54,375 bases of DNA, taken from contig JAGRNI010000035.1 in assembly GCA_020440835.1 (NCBI GenBank), positions 1 to 54,375 on the forward strand. The letters run 5' to 3'. How positions within the stretch are numbered: the first letter of the stretch is position 1; each line of letters starts with the position of its first letter. Position numbers and translations under genes: made by a program. This document shows, in pieces, positions 8,923-19,137 of the stretch. This stretch comes from Leptospiraceae bacterium (lineage in GTDB: Bacteria; Spirochaetota; Leptospiria; Leptospirales; Leptospiraceae). A model generated the notes under the pieces. The model was given only the letters and a program-made list of their open reading frames with translations. It was not told the DNA's origin and made no database searches.

Positions 8923-10853
8923 ATAAATTCTGTAGTCAATTGGTGGGGTTTCGATTAACCTCAAGCAAAGTATTTTTAAGTATTCTTTTCATTTTAGGCA
9001 ATTCCCTATTGGCTATAGAACCGATCATTTTGACAGAAAACAGAGGAGAATACCCTCTTGGATTGCATCTGGAAATTTTGGAAGACAAAGAGGGAACGCT
9101 AACAATAGATGATGTTCAAAAACCGAAGATGGAAAAGCTCTGGTTTAAAAGTCAATGGGAGGTCCCGAATTTCGGGCTTTCAAAAAATGTGTATTGGGCA
9201 AGGTTTAAAATCCAATCACAGTCCAAGAAAGATCATTATCTCGAAATAGCCTACCCGCCTATGGACAAAATTGATTTTTACATATTGTCAGAAGGTGAAA
9301 ATATCATACATAAAAAAGCAGGCGACTTTTTACCATTTAAAGAGCGAGACGTTCAGTATCGAAATTATGTCTTTCGGATTGTGCCGAATGAAAATCCCAA
9401 AACCTACTACCTTAGATTTGAGACGGAAAGCCCTATGCAGTTTCCTTTAACTCTATGGACATCCGTCTCTCTCACTGAAAAAATAAACGGAGAAATGCTC
9501 GGATTCGGACTCTATTATGGAACAATGCTGGTGATGATACTCTACAACCTTTTTCTGTTTTTATCGGTCAGAGATAAAAGCTATCTTTATTATATTGGTT
9601 ACATTGCATCTTTTTTATGTTATCTTGCCTCTGTGAATGGAATTGGTTTCGAATATTTGTGGCAAGACTATCCTTTTTTCAATAGCATGATTCCATCAAC
9701 TATCGCGGTAACTTTATTTTTTTCAACATTGTTTACTCAATCCTTTTTGCAGACAAGTATCCATGCCAAAACCATAAATAAGCTTCTAACGACAGTATCG
9801 GTTAGCTCCTTGATAATTGCCTTAGCATCTACAAAACTAAGTTATTCTCTAAGCATAAGAATCACGAGTACAATTGTGCTAATATTTGTTATTTTAGCCA
9901 TTGTAAGCAGTGCTACCGTATTAAAAGCAGGATACCGCCCTGCTAGATATTTTTTATATGCATGGATTGTACTCTTATTTGGTGGTATTATCTTTACTTT
10001 AATGAATTTTGGAATACTTCCAAGAACTTTTTTAACAAATTATGGTATGCAATTCGGCTCTGCATTCGAAGTAATCCTCCTATCTCTCGGTTTGGCAGAC
10101 AGAATCAATGAATTAAAAAGACAAAATGAGTTAGCAAATATAAAGACACTGGAAGCGGAACAAAGATCGAATAAAGTAAAAGATGAGTTTCTTGCCAATC
10201 TATCCCATGAAATAAAAACCCCTTTAACCATTGTTTACGCATACTCTGAAATGCTAACAACCGGTAAGGATTATTCCGATGAAGTGAAAGAATATTCCAA
10301 AGAGATTTACACACACGCCCAGAAATTAAATGATTACGTGAGTGATGTAATGTTTGTGACTGACTTGGAATCCAATTTGCAATTACAAAGATCTACCGTT
10401 GACTTGGAAAAGTTGGTTGGATATGTAATCAAGCAACACCAATCTTTGGTAGAAGAAAAAGATGTTTTTATCGAATTGAACTTAGGTGAACATACAAACT
10501 TCCATTGCGATGAAATATTGTTGGAAAAAGCCTTATCCGCTATAATTAAAAATGCGATTGTATACAATAACCAAGGTGGGAAAATACGAATTGAAAGTGA
10601 GATAACGTTATCTCACTTTCAACATTTGCAAATCACCATAACCGATACCGGAATTGGCATATCACTGGAATTTCATGAAAAGGTATTTGAAAAATTCTTT
10701 CGAGTGGATTCATCTTTAACGTATACGGTAAGCGGTGTGGGTGTCGGACTCTATATAGCAAAAAAGATAATCGAATTGCATAGCGGAAGTATTGAACTCC
10801 AAAGCGAATTGGAAAAAGGAACTAAGGTTAAAATTGTTTTACCAAGTATTTAG
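8919..10853 (+). CDS. 7TMR-DISM sensor histidine kinase
   Basis: Signal peptide, extracellular 7TMR-DISMED2-like domain and a 7-TM block. H-box LSHEIKTPLT. HATPase_c (GGKIRIES; DTGIGI; GVGVGL). Overlaps the RR stop by 4 nt. Confidence 0.8.
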   Translation: MNKFCSQLVGFRLTSSKVFLSILFILGNSLLAIEPIILTENRGEYPLGLHLEILEDKEGTLTIDDVQKPKMEKLWFKSQWEVPNFGLSKNVYWARFKIQSQSKKDHYLEIAYPPMDKIDFYILSEGENIIHKKAGDFLPFKERDVQYRNYVFRIVPNENPKTYYLRFETESPMQFPLTLWTSVSLTEKINGEMLGFGLYYGTMLVMILYNLFLFLSVRDKSYLYYIGYIASFLCYLASVNGIGFEYLWQDYPFFNSMIPSTIAVTLFFSTLFTQSFLQTSIHAKTINKLLTTVSVSSLIIALASTKLSYSLSIRITSTIVLIFVILAIVSSATVLKAGYRPARYFLYAWIVLLFGGIIFTLMNFGILPRTFLTNYGMQFGSAFEVILLSLGLADRINELKRQNELANIKTLEAEQRSNKVKDEFLANLSHEIKTPLTIVYAYSEMLTTGKDYSDEVKEYSKEIYTHAQKLNDYVSDVMFVTDLESNLQLQRSTVDLEKLVGYVIKQHQSLVEEKDVFIELNLGEHTNFHCDEILLEKALSAIIKNAIVYNNQGGKIRIESEITLSHFQHLQITITDTGIGISLEFHEKVFEKFFRVDSSLTYTVSGVGVGLYIAKKIIELHSGSIELQSELEKGTKVKIVLPSI

Positions 10854-10879
10854 CGTGAGTCTCCTTTAAGACAATCTAA

Positions 10880-10914
10880 TTCCAAAATCAGAGGGTAAAC
10901 ACAGTGGTTTACCC
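10880..10914 (-). terminator. Rho-independent terminator (8-bp stem GGGTAAAC/GTTTACCC plus T-run on the minus strand)
   Basis: Hairpin at 10893-10914 followed on the minus strand by TCTGATTTT. Lies just 3' of the minus-strand ATPase gene. Confidence 0.45.
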
Positions 10915-10956
10915 CTACAGTCCCGAAAAATATGACTCTTGTGGATACACGTGTCT

Positions 10957-12492
10957 CTAAGGCAAGATACCAAATTCCTTTTCTTCATCGTAACGAATCA
11001 AATATGTTTTGATTTCAATTCCATCTATGGTTTCCAAACTTTCTTTCACAAATTCGAGACTCACCATATTGTCCACAAATACCAAATAAATCCCTTCCGT
11101 TATCCCGGATCGCTTGCAATAATACGAAAGTTGAACTTTCCCTTTTTTGAAATTGGATGGACTGTAATACTTTTTTGACTCTATGAGGTACTCATGCCCT
11201 TTCACGTTGATGATCAAATCCGTATTCCCCAATGAAACGTAAGCTTCTCTATAACTCCTTCCCTCTATTTCTTGCAAAAATATACTTATAAACGTCTCAA
11301 AGCTATAGATCATTGCTGCTTCCGGTATGGACTTAAACCTACCTTTTTTGTCTTTCTGCCTGTAAGGGCGAAATCCTCGAAGTTGTATATGGGATTTGTA
11401 GCTATCCATTAGTTTGTCAAAGTTGATTTTTCCGGTATCAGTCAAATAGGCTTCGGAAAGCATATTTTTGGCAATTCGCACACCTTCACCATTCGTGTAA
11501 GGATAAAATGCATCATACAAACGTTTTCGATACAATGGAACCCAAAATTCAACATCAGCATTCTTCCCTTTCTTAATTAATCCGTTTACATGTAAGTCTT
11601 TTATCGCTGGTCTGTCTATTTTAAAAGAAATTGTTTTTTCAGAAAAAAGGATTGATTCTACGAATTTTCTATGCTTACTTGCAACTTTCAGAATATTGGC
11701 TATGTTTTTATCAATTGCTTCCGTTAGATACCAGTCCTCTACTTTGAGATAGTCTTCGTAATCAATTCTTTCTTTGTTTGGATTTGTTTCCACCAATCTC
11801 CTGGCAAACCCGTTCACAAGTCCTGGTTGATTTGCCGTTATCTCACTGATTTTAACTTTCACTTTCTTGTCAAATATTTGACCCGTTTCCGCTTCGTGCT
11901 GTTCGAGGAGTTCCTTTGTTTCTTCATTAGTGAAATAAGGAACGTCCAACTCGTCAGCGATATTAAAAGGACTTGCATTGTCTTGGATAATACCCGCTAT
12001 ATTGGATACGCCTACCAGGATTACACTCTTCAAACAGTGGCTGTTACGAGAATGATAAAGGTTACGAATCGTATGCAAGAATTGGTTGAAAAGGTCAGGG
12101 TTTAGCCCTTCGATTTCATCACAGATAAAAACGTACTTTTGGTCTTGAATGGCTCGAATTTCATCAAATAATTCTACAAAAGTTTTTGAAAATATTTCTC
12201 TTTGCCAGAAATTCAAAAAATCCATTTTTAAAGAGTTGAACAATTCCAATTCCCTAGCCGCTTTAAAATTCTCGAAATTGATGTGGGCGACCTTATAGTC
12301 TTCCTTTTCCAGTTCTATTGCTAAAAATCGAAAGTAGGTGCTTTTTCCCGTTTGTCTTGGTGCCCAGATCGTAAAATACCTGCTTTTGTATACAAGGTCT
12401 TTTCCTTTGGCGACTAAATCCAGCCGATCTAAGGTATAGTGTTCTTTGGGAATATTAGGTCCTGATGTGTTAAAGTAGCGCTTTCCTTTCAT
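10957..12492 (-). CDS. AAA-like ATPase of unknown function (P-loop NTPase with the conserved YFNTSGP..P..HY N-terminus)
   Basis: Walker A APRQTGKST and Walker B-like VFICDEIE. The N-terminal signature is typical of the multicopy predicted AAA-ATPase family. Confidence 0.6.
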   Translation of the reverse strand: MKGKRYFNTSGPNIPKEHYTLDRLDLVAKGKDLVYKSRYFTIWAPRQTGKSTYFRFLAIELEKEDYKVAHINFENFKAARELELFNSLKMDFLNFWQREIFSKTFVELFDEIRAIQDQKYVFICDEIEGLNPDLFNQFLHTIRNLYHSRNSHCLKSVILVGVSNIAGIIQDNASPFNIADELDVPYFTNEETKELLEQHEAETGQIFDKKVKVKISEITANQPGLVNGFARRLVETNPNKERIDYEDYLKVEDWYLTEAIDKNIANILKVASKHRKFVESILFSEKTISFKIDRPAIKDLHVNGLIKKGKNADVEFWVPLYRKRLYDAFYPYTNGEGVRIAKNMLSEAYLTDTGKINFDKLMDSYKSHIQLRGFRPYRQKDKKGRFKSIPEAAMIYSFETFISIFLQEIEGRSYREAYVSLGNTDLIINVKGHEYLIESKKYYSPSNFKKGKVQLSYYCKRSGITEGIYLVFVDNMVSLEFVKESLETIDGIEIKTYLIRYDEEKEFGILP

Positions 12493-12671
12493 GGTGGTTT
12501 TAGTTTGGCTTTTACCGAATATTTGTAAATGAATTTTTAATTTGGGTCTTTGTTAGATGATTTATTTTTTTACCATGGGTAGATATAAAAAAAATATTCT
12601 TGAAAAACATAAACCAAAGACGATAAAGGGTGTATTGGGTAAAATTGTTTTACCGATGTTAGATAAATAGA

Positions 12672-15647
12672 ATGAAGATCAGAGATAAATTATTTCTTAG
12701 TAACACCATTTTTTTATTTATTGTTCTTTTTAGTGGGAGCATATTGTATTTTTCGATTAAGAGTATTGTCCGGAATTATATCAATTCGGAAATGGAAAAC
12801 ATAACCAATAATTCGGTAAAAATTGTAAAATCAGCAATCAACAGCTCAATAAAAAATCACCTTCAATCTGTCGCGAGCAAATCCAAAGAAATAACAAACT
12901 ATTATTACAATGGATTCAAACAAGGAAGAATGTCGGAAAAGGATGCCTTTCAAAAGGTCAAAAATATATTTTTGGATCCTGTGTATAATAAAATAGGTAC
13001 CAGTGGTTATCTGTGCGGTGTTTCCGGTAAAGGAATTTTAGTTATCCATCCAAAGGCAGAAGGAATGGACGCGAGTAAACTTGAATCCATAAAAAAAGCA
13101 ATATCTATGAAAACGGGTTATTTGGAGTATATGTGGAAAAATCCCGGTGAAGAAAAGGAACGTTTAAAGGCGGGAGGATTGGACTATTTTGAACCCTGGG
13201 ATTTAATTGTTTGGGCTTCTTCGTATAAAGAAGAATTTAATTTGTTAGTAAATCCGGATGATTTTCGAGAAGAAATTTTATCCATAAAAATTCAAAAAAG
13301 TGGTTATGTATATATTTTGGATAGTACCGGCAAGGCAATTATACATCCCTTTTTACAGGGACAAAACCTATACAATGTGAAAAGCTCCAAAGGTGTTTTT
13401 TTTATCAGGGAGATGTTAAAACAAAAAAACGGAAAAATATCCTATGCTTGGCAGAATTCCAATGAAACAAGCTTGAGAGATAAAACCGCTTATTTTCAAT
13501 ACATCCCTGAAATTGATTGGTTGCTTGTTGCAGTTAGTTATGATGATGAAATGTATAAAAGCCTAAATATTATCAAAGCTATTATTATAATGACGATCTT
13601 GATTACTTCCGTATTAACCGTATTAATTTCCATAAAAACAAGCTCTATGCTTAGTAAACCTATTCAAATTTTAATGAAGTCCATCCATGAGATGAAAAGT
13701 GGAAATGGACGCATCGCCAAACTAGAAACTAAGGATGAAATCGGAGAACTCGCTACAAAATTCAGTGAACTGACAACTAAAATTCAGAATGCGAACCAAG
13801 AGTTAAACAGACAAAACGAAATTATGAAAAATATGAATTCGGTATCCAGCCTCACGGATGTCATGACTTTTATCATGTATCACATAGAAACGGAATATGG
13901 ACTCAAGGATTTTTGGTTTGTAGTAAAAGATGAAACTTCCAACAGTTTAAAAACCTTTTGTTATGTAACACCGAATATGGAACAAAACGATTCGGAATTC
14001 TTTCAAAATTTCAATCTATCCGTAGAGGAAGATAGCCTATTGTGTGTCACTTATAAAAACCAGAAGATGCTCTATATGCCTATAGAGGAAAGTATGAGTC
14101 TATCTGATATTGATAAAAAGATAGTCCAAGAAGGAAAATTTTCATTTTTTTTGCAAGTCCCATTTGTAGTTTATGAAAAAACAATTGGAATTTTGGTTAT
14201 GCACAAAAAATCCGAAGAGAGAATTTCAGAAGAACTATTGACAAAATTAACTACGTTTTCAGACCAGGTGGCTGGATCCGTTTCCAATTCAAAACTATTC
14301 AAAGAAGTAGAGGTTGCAAAAGAAGAAGCAGAGAAAGCGAGAGAGCTATCTGAAAAAACAAAAGTAGAAATTGAAATCTTAAATGAAATATCCAAAAAAG
14401 TGAACTCGACCAATGATATAAATGAGATATTGGAAACCCTATTTTCCTTTATGATGGCGTTTTTTGGAATAGATAAATTTTGGTTGTTGCTAGTAGATAC
14501 ACAGAGAAATGAGCTTGTTACGTATACTACGGAAAATTTTGAAGAGTTAGGGATGGATGCTATTCAATTTTTTAGCCAATTCAGGCATCCTTTAAATACA
14601 GAACTTGGTTTTTTATATTCAACCTACCGAAAGAAAAAACCATTTTATATAAAGGATTTACGTAGATTCTTTCCCAAATTAAGCGAAATGAATAAGAAAA
14701 TAGCCCAAACATCTAGAATATTATCCTACATCCAGATTCCTTTGATTTTGCAAGACGAGGTAATTGGAATTTTATTAATGGCTAGGAATAATAAAGAACT
14801 GAGTTTATCCAAATTAGATATCACTAAAATTGATAGATTCTGCCAACAAATTTCGGGAGCAATCTATAACTCTAATTTATTAAAAGAAACAATAGAAGCA
14901 AAACTTGAATCGGAAAATCTTTTACATAATATTCTGCCTCCCAAAGTAGCTGAGGAATTAAAAGAGAAAGGTGAAGTTCAACCCGTTCATTATGAATCCG
15001 TTAGTGTGATGTTTACAGACTTCAAAGGTTTTACCAAGGTCGCAGAGAGTATGAGTGTTCAGGATTTGGTCAAGGAATTGGATGGATGTTTCTTTCAATT
15101 TGATGAAATTGCTCAACGTTATAATATGGAAAAGATAAAAACCATAGGGGATTCGTATATGTGTGCCGGGGGATTACCGGAAGTAAACCATACCCATGTT
15201 ATTGACGTTTGCTTGGCAGCTCTTGAAATTCAAGGACTTATGAACCAGATGAAAGTAATCAAAGAGATGATGGGCTTGCCATTTTGGGAGCTTCGACTTG
15301 GGATTCATACCGGTTCTGTGATTGCCGGAGTGGTTGGAAAGAAAAAGTTTGCTTATGATATTTGGGGAGATACAGTAAATACGGCATCACGGATGGAGTC
15401 TAGTGGTGAACCAGGAAGGATCAATATTTCGGGTAGTGTTTATAAAAAGATCAAGTACTTCTTTGAATGTGAATATAGGGGAAAAGTAAAGGCAAAAAAC
15501 AAAGGCGAGATTGATATGTATTTTCTGCATCGTTTAAAAAAGAAATATGCAAAAGACGAAGAAGGAAGAGTACCAAATGATGAATTTAGTGAGATTTATG
15601 ATAAGATAAAAAGAGGTGGAAAGGTGGTAGGTAAAGAGGAAAAATAA
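12672..15647 (+). CDS. Membrane adenylate/guanylate cyclase: Cache-like periplasmic domain, HAMP, 2x GAF, class III cyclase domain
   Basis: C-terminal CYCc motifs (VSVMFTDFKGFT; KTIGDSYM; LRLGIHTGSVIAGVVG; WGDTVNTASRMES). N-terminal TM-periplasmic-TM topology. Confidence 0.85.
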   Translation: MKIRDKLFLSNTIFLFIVLFSGSILYFSIKSIVRNYINSEMENITNNSVKIVKSAINSSIKNHLQSVASKSKEITNYYYNGFKQGRMSEKDAFQKVKNIFLDPVYNKIGTSGYLCGVSGKGILVIHPKAEGMDASKLESIKKAISMKTGYLEYMWKNPGEEKERLKAGGLDYFEPWDLIVWASSYKEEFNLLVNPDDFREEILSIKIQKSGYVYILDSTGKAIIHPFLQGQNLYNVKSSKGVFFIREMLKQKNGKISYAWQNSNETSLRDKTAYFQYIPEIDWLLVAVSYDDEMYKSLNIIKAIIIMTILITSVLTVLISIKTSSMLSKPIQILMKSIHEMKSGNGRIAKLETKDEIGELATKFSELTTKIQNANQELNRQNEIMKNMNSVSSLTDVMTFIMYHIETEYGLKDFWFVVKDETSNSLKTFCYVTPNMEQNDSEFFQNFNLSVEEDSLLCVTYKNQKMLYMPIEESMSLSDIDKKIVQEGKFSFFLQVPFVVYEKTIGILVMHKKSEERISEELLTKLTTFSDQVAGSVSNSKLFKEVEVAKEEAEKARELSEKTKVEIEILNEISKKVNSTNDINEILETLFSFMMAFFGIDKFWLLLVDTQRNELVTYTTENFEELGMDAIQFFSQFRHPLNTELGFLYSTYRKKKPFYIKDLRRFFPKLSEMNKKIAQTSRILSYIQIPLILQDEVIGILLMARNNKELSLSKLDITKIDRFCQQISGAIYNSNLLKETIEAKLESENLLHNILPPKVAEELKEKGEVQPVHYESVSVMFTDFKGFTKVAESMSVQDLVKELDGCFFQFDEIAQRYNMEKIKTIGDSYMCAGGLPEVNHTHVIDVCLAALEIQGLMNQMKVIKEMMGLPFWELRLGIHTGSVIAGVVGKKKFAYDIWGDTVNTASRMESSGEPGRINISGSVYKKIKYFFECEYRGKVKAKNKGEIDMYFLHRLKKKYAKDEEGRVPNDEFSEIYDKIKRGGKVVGKEEK

Positions 15648-15664
15648 AATAATAGACTTGCTGG

Positions 15665-15770
15665 GACTGTGTAAAAAGCCGGTTTTTTGCTCCCTTCGAC
15701 TGCGATCAGGGAGCGTTTGGAGGATTTTCGGACATTGAGCGTAGTCGAAATATCCCTTTTTACACAGCCT
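15665..15770. repeat. REP-like palindromic intergenic element, copy 1
   Basis: Outer 12-bp inverted repeat CTGTGTAAAAAG / CTTTTTACACAG. Inner core CCCTTCGACTGCGATCAGGGAGC...TTCGGACATTGAGCGTAGTCGAAATATCC is shared with 19138-19217. It lies between the convergent 3' ends of the cyclase and traB genes. Confidence 0.5.
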
Positions 15771-15801
15771 CAGTGTCATGGTAAGCCTATTTGAACCCGT
15801 T

Positions 15802-16962
15802 TTAAGCCAGTATATCGTTTAAAAATTTAAACCATATAAACGTTCCGATACTACTTCCAAGCTGTGGAAGCATAAACACCAAAAAGATTCGAATCACCCT
15901 GTTTTTCCAATAACCCGTAAAGTGTTCCGAATCTTCGGCAATTCTTTCAAAGTCTTCTACCAGAGGTTTCCGTAGCCAAGATTCAACCAGTGCAGCGACC
16001 CAACCCGGTTTCAAAATCGGATTAAAGTTACCCAAAGGTGCAATTACAAATGACAACACAATCGACAAAGGATGAGCAAGTGCAATCAATGCTCCGAGAG
16101 CTGCCAGTGCCCCTTTGACCAGAATCCAAGCCCAGATAGCTTCTACGGTAGCCGTTTCTCCGCCTTTTATATAGGTGTATGCCAATAAAGCAAGCAATAT
16201 AATAGGAAAAATTAACCAAGATAGCTTTTGTCCAAGAGTTTTAGGAGGAATTTTGTTCAAAACATCCAAATCATTCTCTTTTCCTATCTGTTCCATTATA
16301 CCAGAGAGATGACCAGCACCTACTACGGCAAATAATTTCTGAGAATCTTTGGCAGAATTTTTTATATTTTGAGCTAAATATATATCTCTTTCATCAATAA
16401 TAACGTTTTTGATTTGATCATATCGACTTGGTAATTGAGAAAACAGATCTTTTAAAACGTCTTCACTCTTCATTTCCTCGATTTTTTCTTCCGAAACGTC
16501 TTCTTTTACCAACAAAGACGCTATCAATGCAGACAAAAGATACATCTTGGAAAAAAAGCCTACACTTCCCCAAGACCTTTTTAGAGTAGTTTGGATTTCC
16601 CTATCTATAGGAATAACTTTTGAACCGGCATCTTCTCCGCATTTGATTGCCTTTCTCATTTCATCGCCAGGCTTTACATCTCCTTTCCCTAATTTTTTTT
16701 GAAAAGAAGATAAAATCAAATTAGAAAGCAGCAGATACATTTTTCTCTCTTTGAACACCTTAAAAATATCCAATTTTTTCCAGTGTTCAGGGTCTTTTAC
16801 CGCTTTCATTCTTGTTTCACAAAGTTCAACACAAACAGTATCCGGTTTTTCATCTTGAATAATTTTTTCAACGGTATCGACGCTCTGTTTACTTATGTGA
16901 GCTGTCCCTAATATGATGACATCACAATTGCCTATTTTTAATTTCCTAATGGGTTCTTCCAT
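15802..16962 (-). CDS. TraB/GumN (Tiki-like) family protein with C-terminal TM helices
   Basis: N-terminal ILGTAHISKQSV...PDTVCVELCETR signature of the TraB family. Hydrophobic C-terminal third. Confidence 0.75.
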   Translation of the reverse strand: MEEPIRKLKIGNCDVIILGTAHISKQSVDTVEKIIQDEKPDTVCVELCETRMKAVKDPEHWKKLDIFKVFKERKMYLLLSNLILSSFQKKLGKGDVKPGDEMRKAIKCGEDAGSKVIPIDREIQTTLKRSWGSVGFFSKMYLLSALIASLLVKEDVSEEKIEEMKSEDVLKDLFSQLPSRYDQIKNVIIDERDIYLAQNIKNSAKDSQKLFAVVGAGHLSGIMEQIGKENDLDVLNKIPPKTLGQKLSWLIFPIILLALLAYTYIKGGETATVEAIWAWILVKGALAALGALIALAHPLSIVLSFVIAPLGNFNPILKPGWVAALVESWLRKPLVEDFERIAEDSEHFTGYWKNRVIRIFLVFMLPQLGSSIGTFIWFKFLNDILA

Positions 16963-16963
16963 T

Positions 16964-18079
16964 CTAACTCCCTAATTTGTTTGTGCTCTGGTAGTTATAC
17001 AAAGCCAATAATTCATACGCAGCTTGAAAAGACGTATGTTTTCCTAAAAATACGCTTTTCTCCATTTCCGGTATTTTACTCTTGATTTGAGGATTGTTGT
17101 AAAAGTTCGACTTCAGGCTTTCTTCAATGGTTTGGTGCATCCAATATTTCGATTGTTCTAAACGCTTTTTTTCAAAGTATCTGTTATTTTTCACTAGCTC
17201 AGAATAAGACAAGATCAAATTCCAAATTTCCTGAATGCCATCCCCTGTCACAGCGGAACAAATTTCTACTCCTGGAATCCATCCGGATTCGGTAGGTGGG
17301 AAAAGGTGTAGAGCTGCGATATAGTCGGATTTTGCCAGATTTGCACTGTTTATGTTAGTTCCATCTGCTTTTGTGATGGCAATTAAATCCGCCATTTCCA
17401 TAATTCCTCTTTTGATCCCTTGTAGCTCGTCTCCGGCTCCGGCAAGCATCAAGAGTAAAAAAAAGTCAACCATGGAATGTACGGCTATTTCCGATTGTCC
17501 TACTCCTACAGTTTCCACAAAAATTGTGTCAAATCCAGCTGCTTCACACAAAACGATGGTTTCTCTTGTTTTTCTGGCAACTCCTCCTAAAGAATTTCCA
17601 GCCGGAGAAGGGCGAATAAAAACGTTCTCATCTTTGGAAATTTCTTCCATCCTTGTTTTGTCTCCCAAAATACTTCCTTTGGACAACTGGCTGGTCGGAT
17701 CGATTGCTAAAACACACAATTTTCGTTTTTGACCTACCATAAATTTTCCAAGGGTCTCAATAAAGGAACTTTTTCCTACCCCAGGAACACCGGTAATCCC
17801 AATACGCATTGACTTGCCGGAATAAGGTAAACAAAGTCCGATTATTTTTTGGGCAATATCCGTATGATCAGGGTGAGTACTTTCGATAAGCGTTATAGCT
17901 TGGCTCAGGATAACACGATTTCCTGCAAGGATTCCTTCTTCGTATTCTTCCGGAGCAAGCTTACGCTTTCTTTTGTAAGAAGCTGCAAATTTTGAGTTAA
18001 TCGCTTCCGGTTGTGCAACTCCAGGTTGCACAAATAATGCAGATTCCTTGCCTTCGCTCATACAAAAACCTTTATCCAA
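16964..18079 (-). CDS. meaB: Methylmalonyl-CoA mutase-associated G3E GTPase MeaB/ArgK
   Basis: P-loop GITGVPGVGKSSFIETLG plus the downstream G3E family motifs. 1-nt gap to traB, same strand. Confidence 0.85.
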   Translation of the reverse strand: MDKGFCMSEGKESALFVQPGVAQPEAINSKFAASYKRKRKLAPEEYEEGILAGNRVILSQAITLIESTHPDHTDIAQKIIGLCLPYSGKSMRIGITGVPGVGKSSFIETLGKFMVGQKRKLCVLAIDPTSQLSKGSILGDKTRMEEISKDENVFIRPSPAGNSLGGVARKTRETIVLCEAAGFDTIFVETVGVGQSEIAVHSMVDFFLLLMLAGAGDELQGIKRGIMEMADLIAITKADGTNINSANLAKSDYIAALHLFPPTESGWIPGVEICSAVTGDGIQEIWNLILSYSELVKNNRYFEKKRLEQSKYWMHQTIEESLKSNFYNNPQIKSKIPEMEKSVFLGKHTSFQAAYELLALYNYQSTNKLGS

Positions 18080-18159
18080 AACTATCGTTTTTTTTCAATG
18101 GTGTGGATATAGGTCTTAAATTCAATACAATTATCCCGGTTTTATAAGTAGTAAGGCAT

Positions 18160-18220
18160 AAATTTTGAAAAAAGTACCACAGTCATCTTGGCTGTGATTA
18201 CAGGCTAGACGACCTGTAAT
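18160..18220 (-). terminator. Tandem hairpins with T-run: terminator of the HAD lipoprotein gene
   Basis: CACAG-N9-CTGTG followed on the minus strand by TACTTTTTTC. Adjacent 8-bp stem ATTACAGG/CCTGTAAT. Confidence 0.4.
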
Positions 18221-18236
18221 ACTTTACAATTTCTTT

Positions 18237-19130
18237 TCACCTCTTAATCGTTTTATTGATTCGTATTCCAAAGTCTTTGGATGAAATATTAGGAAAGTTC
18301 GGTTTCGGAACATCCTCAATTCTAACGATCACCCAATTGTTTTTTTTGGCATATTCGGCAATGCTTTCTTTTTGATCTTCTGCTATGTGCTCATCCGGAT
18401 TTACGATCAATTTCAACCCGCGGCTAAATTCTATCATTTCTTTATCACCTCGACTATTCCCACCTACAACCAAAGGAACCTCTTGCACAAAAGTCTCAAT
18501 GGCTTCTTTTTTCCCATGATCTTGGGGAACGGGTGGCACTATCTCGGAAGTAATACTGCCATTACGAATAATGGATTTCACCCCTACGACATTAGTTAAA
18601 GGAATATGCAATTCTTGGCTTAAAAATTCCTGGTACAATGCCTCCGGGCTTGCCGTAATTATCCAAACCTCAAATCCGTTTTCTTTTAGCTTACCGATCA
18701 GGCTTACCATTGGTCTGAAAACTTTCCCTTTGTAGTATTTGTAATAACATTCAACGCCCAACTTGCGTAAAGATTTTACTGAATCTCCTTCAAAAAATTT
18801 GACCCGAAGCTGTACATATTCAATGGACACATTGGAAAGACCTTGCATTCTCTTGATTATTGCTGGCTTTTTGCTTTTGTCCTTTTTGGCGATTTCATAG
18901 AGACATTCATCAGCAAGATAATGAGGAGCTTGTCCGAGAACGGTACCATCACCATCAAAAACGGCAACCTTTCGTTCTTTTACATTTTTTACGCTTTTCA
19001 AGAACTCTTCAATCTTAGCGTTAGTCTCTTTGTCAAACTCAAGTTTTGTTAATCTGGTAGGTTCCTTGTAACAACCAAGTAAGAGTAAACAAAACATAAT
19101 AATTATTCTTTTCATTATTAACATCACCAT
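18237..19130 (-). CDS. HAD-IB family phosphatase-like lipoprotein
   Basis: Lipobox LLLGC. HAD motif I FDGDGTV, motif II ITAS, motif IV GNSRGDKEM. Confidence 0.65.
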   Translation of the reverse strand: MVMLIMKRIIIMFCLLLLGCYKEPTRLTKLEFDKETNAKIEEFLKSVKNVKERKVAVFDGDGTVLGQAPHYLADECLYEIAKKDKSKKPAIIKRMQGLSNVSIEYVQLRVKFFEGDSVKSLRKLGVECYYKYYKGKVFRPMVSLIGKLKENGFEVWIITASPEALYQEFLSQELHIPLTNVVGVKSIIRNGSITSEIVPPVPQDHGKKEAIETFVQEVPLVVGGNSRGDKEMIEFSRGLKLIVNPDEHIAEDQKESIAEYAKKNNWVIVRIEDVPKPNFPNISSKDFGIRINKTIKR

Positions 19131-19137
19131 ATGAAAC

